Virus record (IMG/VR): IMGVR_UViG_3300021426_000073 | Coordinates: 32,001-96,000 of that record | Direction: 5' to 3' (one strand) | DNA from: a virus | Taxonomy: Duplodnaviria; Caudoviricetes | DNA length: 64,000 bases | In this document: piece after piece, positions 63,805 through 64,000 of the stretch | Layout: each line of letters opens with the position of its first letter | Position numbering within the stretch: position 1 is the first letter of the stretch | The notes under the pieces: generated by a model | Database searches by the model: none | What the model was told of the DNA's origin: nothing | What the model saw: only the letters and a program-made list of their open reading frames with translations | Program-made: the position numbers and the translations under genes

Positions 63805-64000
63805 TGTTTAATCTCCTTTTTATTATATTATGAATTATGTCTAGTCAAATTTAAAATAAATAGGGATTATAATTAATCCCCATTTATAATAAATTCGTAT
63901 AAACTTAATAAGTCTTCGTTAGGAATTTTATTTACTATTTCCGAAAATGTAATCTTAGGATAATCAAAAATTTCTATTTCTGTATTAAGAAGATTTGCAG

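Larger units (their letters stand above)
23521..63845. promoter_or_regulatory. Dispersed 15-bp motif ACTAGACAnAATTCA, 10 copies
   Basis: +23521; -29792, -30959, -31335, -42174, -42233, -52879, -55049, -57473, -63831. All are intergenic and co-oriented with local transcription. Confidence 0.85.

Noticed and set aside
1-64000. Stop-codon reassignment
   Set aside because: Genes tile well in the standard code, TAA/TAG/TGA all end genes, and none of the tRNAs is a suppressor; the in-frame stops at 16636/16699 are an isolated case.

Overview
A 64-kb, AT-rich segment of a large temperate tailed phage (SPbeta-like siphovirus architecture; host inferred to be a gut/rumen Bacillota such as Lachnospiraceae). 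The + strand (1-25.3 kb) carries the late tail module: tape measure C-terminal part, Dit with a large insertion, Tal, two holin-like proteins, two endolysins and six fibre/adhesin-type genes. It ends with a separately punctuated 7-gene cassette of unknown function (HTH, Cys-His-Asp peptidase-like protein, Gly-rich membrane/coiled-coil protein, BclA-CTD-like protein). The - strand (25.4-64 kb) carries a secreted FN3-like protein, an intact attP matching a tRNA 3' end (probably Ser), a tyrosine integrase, and a promoter-driven cluster of five tRNAs (Met, Gln, Tyr, Pro, Trp) interleaved with structured non-coding elements. Further along are a DnaB helicase, glycan-modifying genes, adjacent IscB and TnpB elements, dozens of small early ORFs, a replication/recombination module and an unusual 125-nt tRNA-like RNA. 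Highlights: an orphan TnpB-type omegaRNA inside the tRNA operon; a near-perfect duplicate of the putative IscB guide 44 bp upstream of it; a 15-bp motif (ACTAGACAnAATTCA) found ten times, always co-oriented with transcription; the tRNA-like RNA with a remodelled anticodon domain; and the uncharacterised 7-gene cassette. All calls come from reading the sequence by eye; no searches were run.
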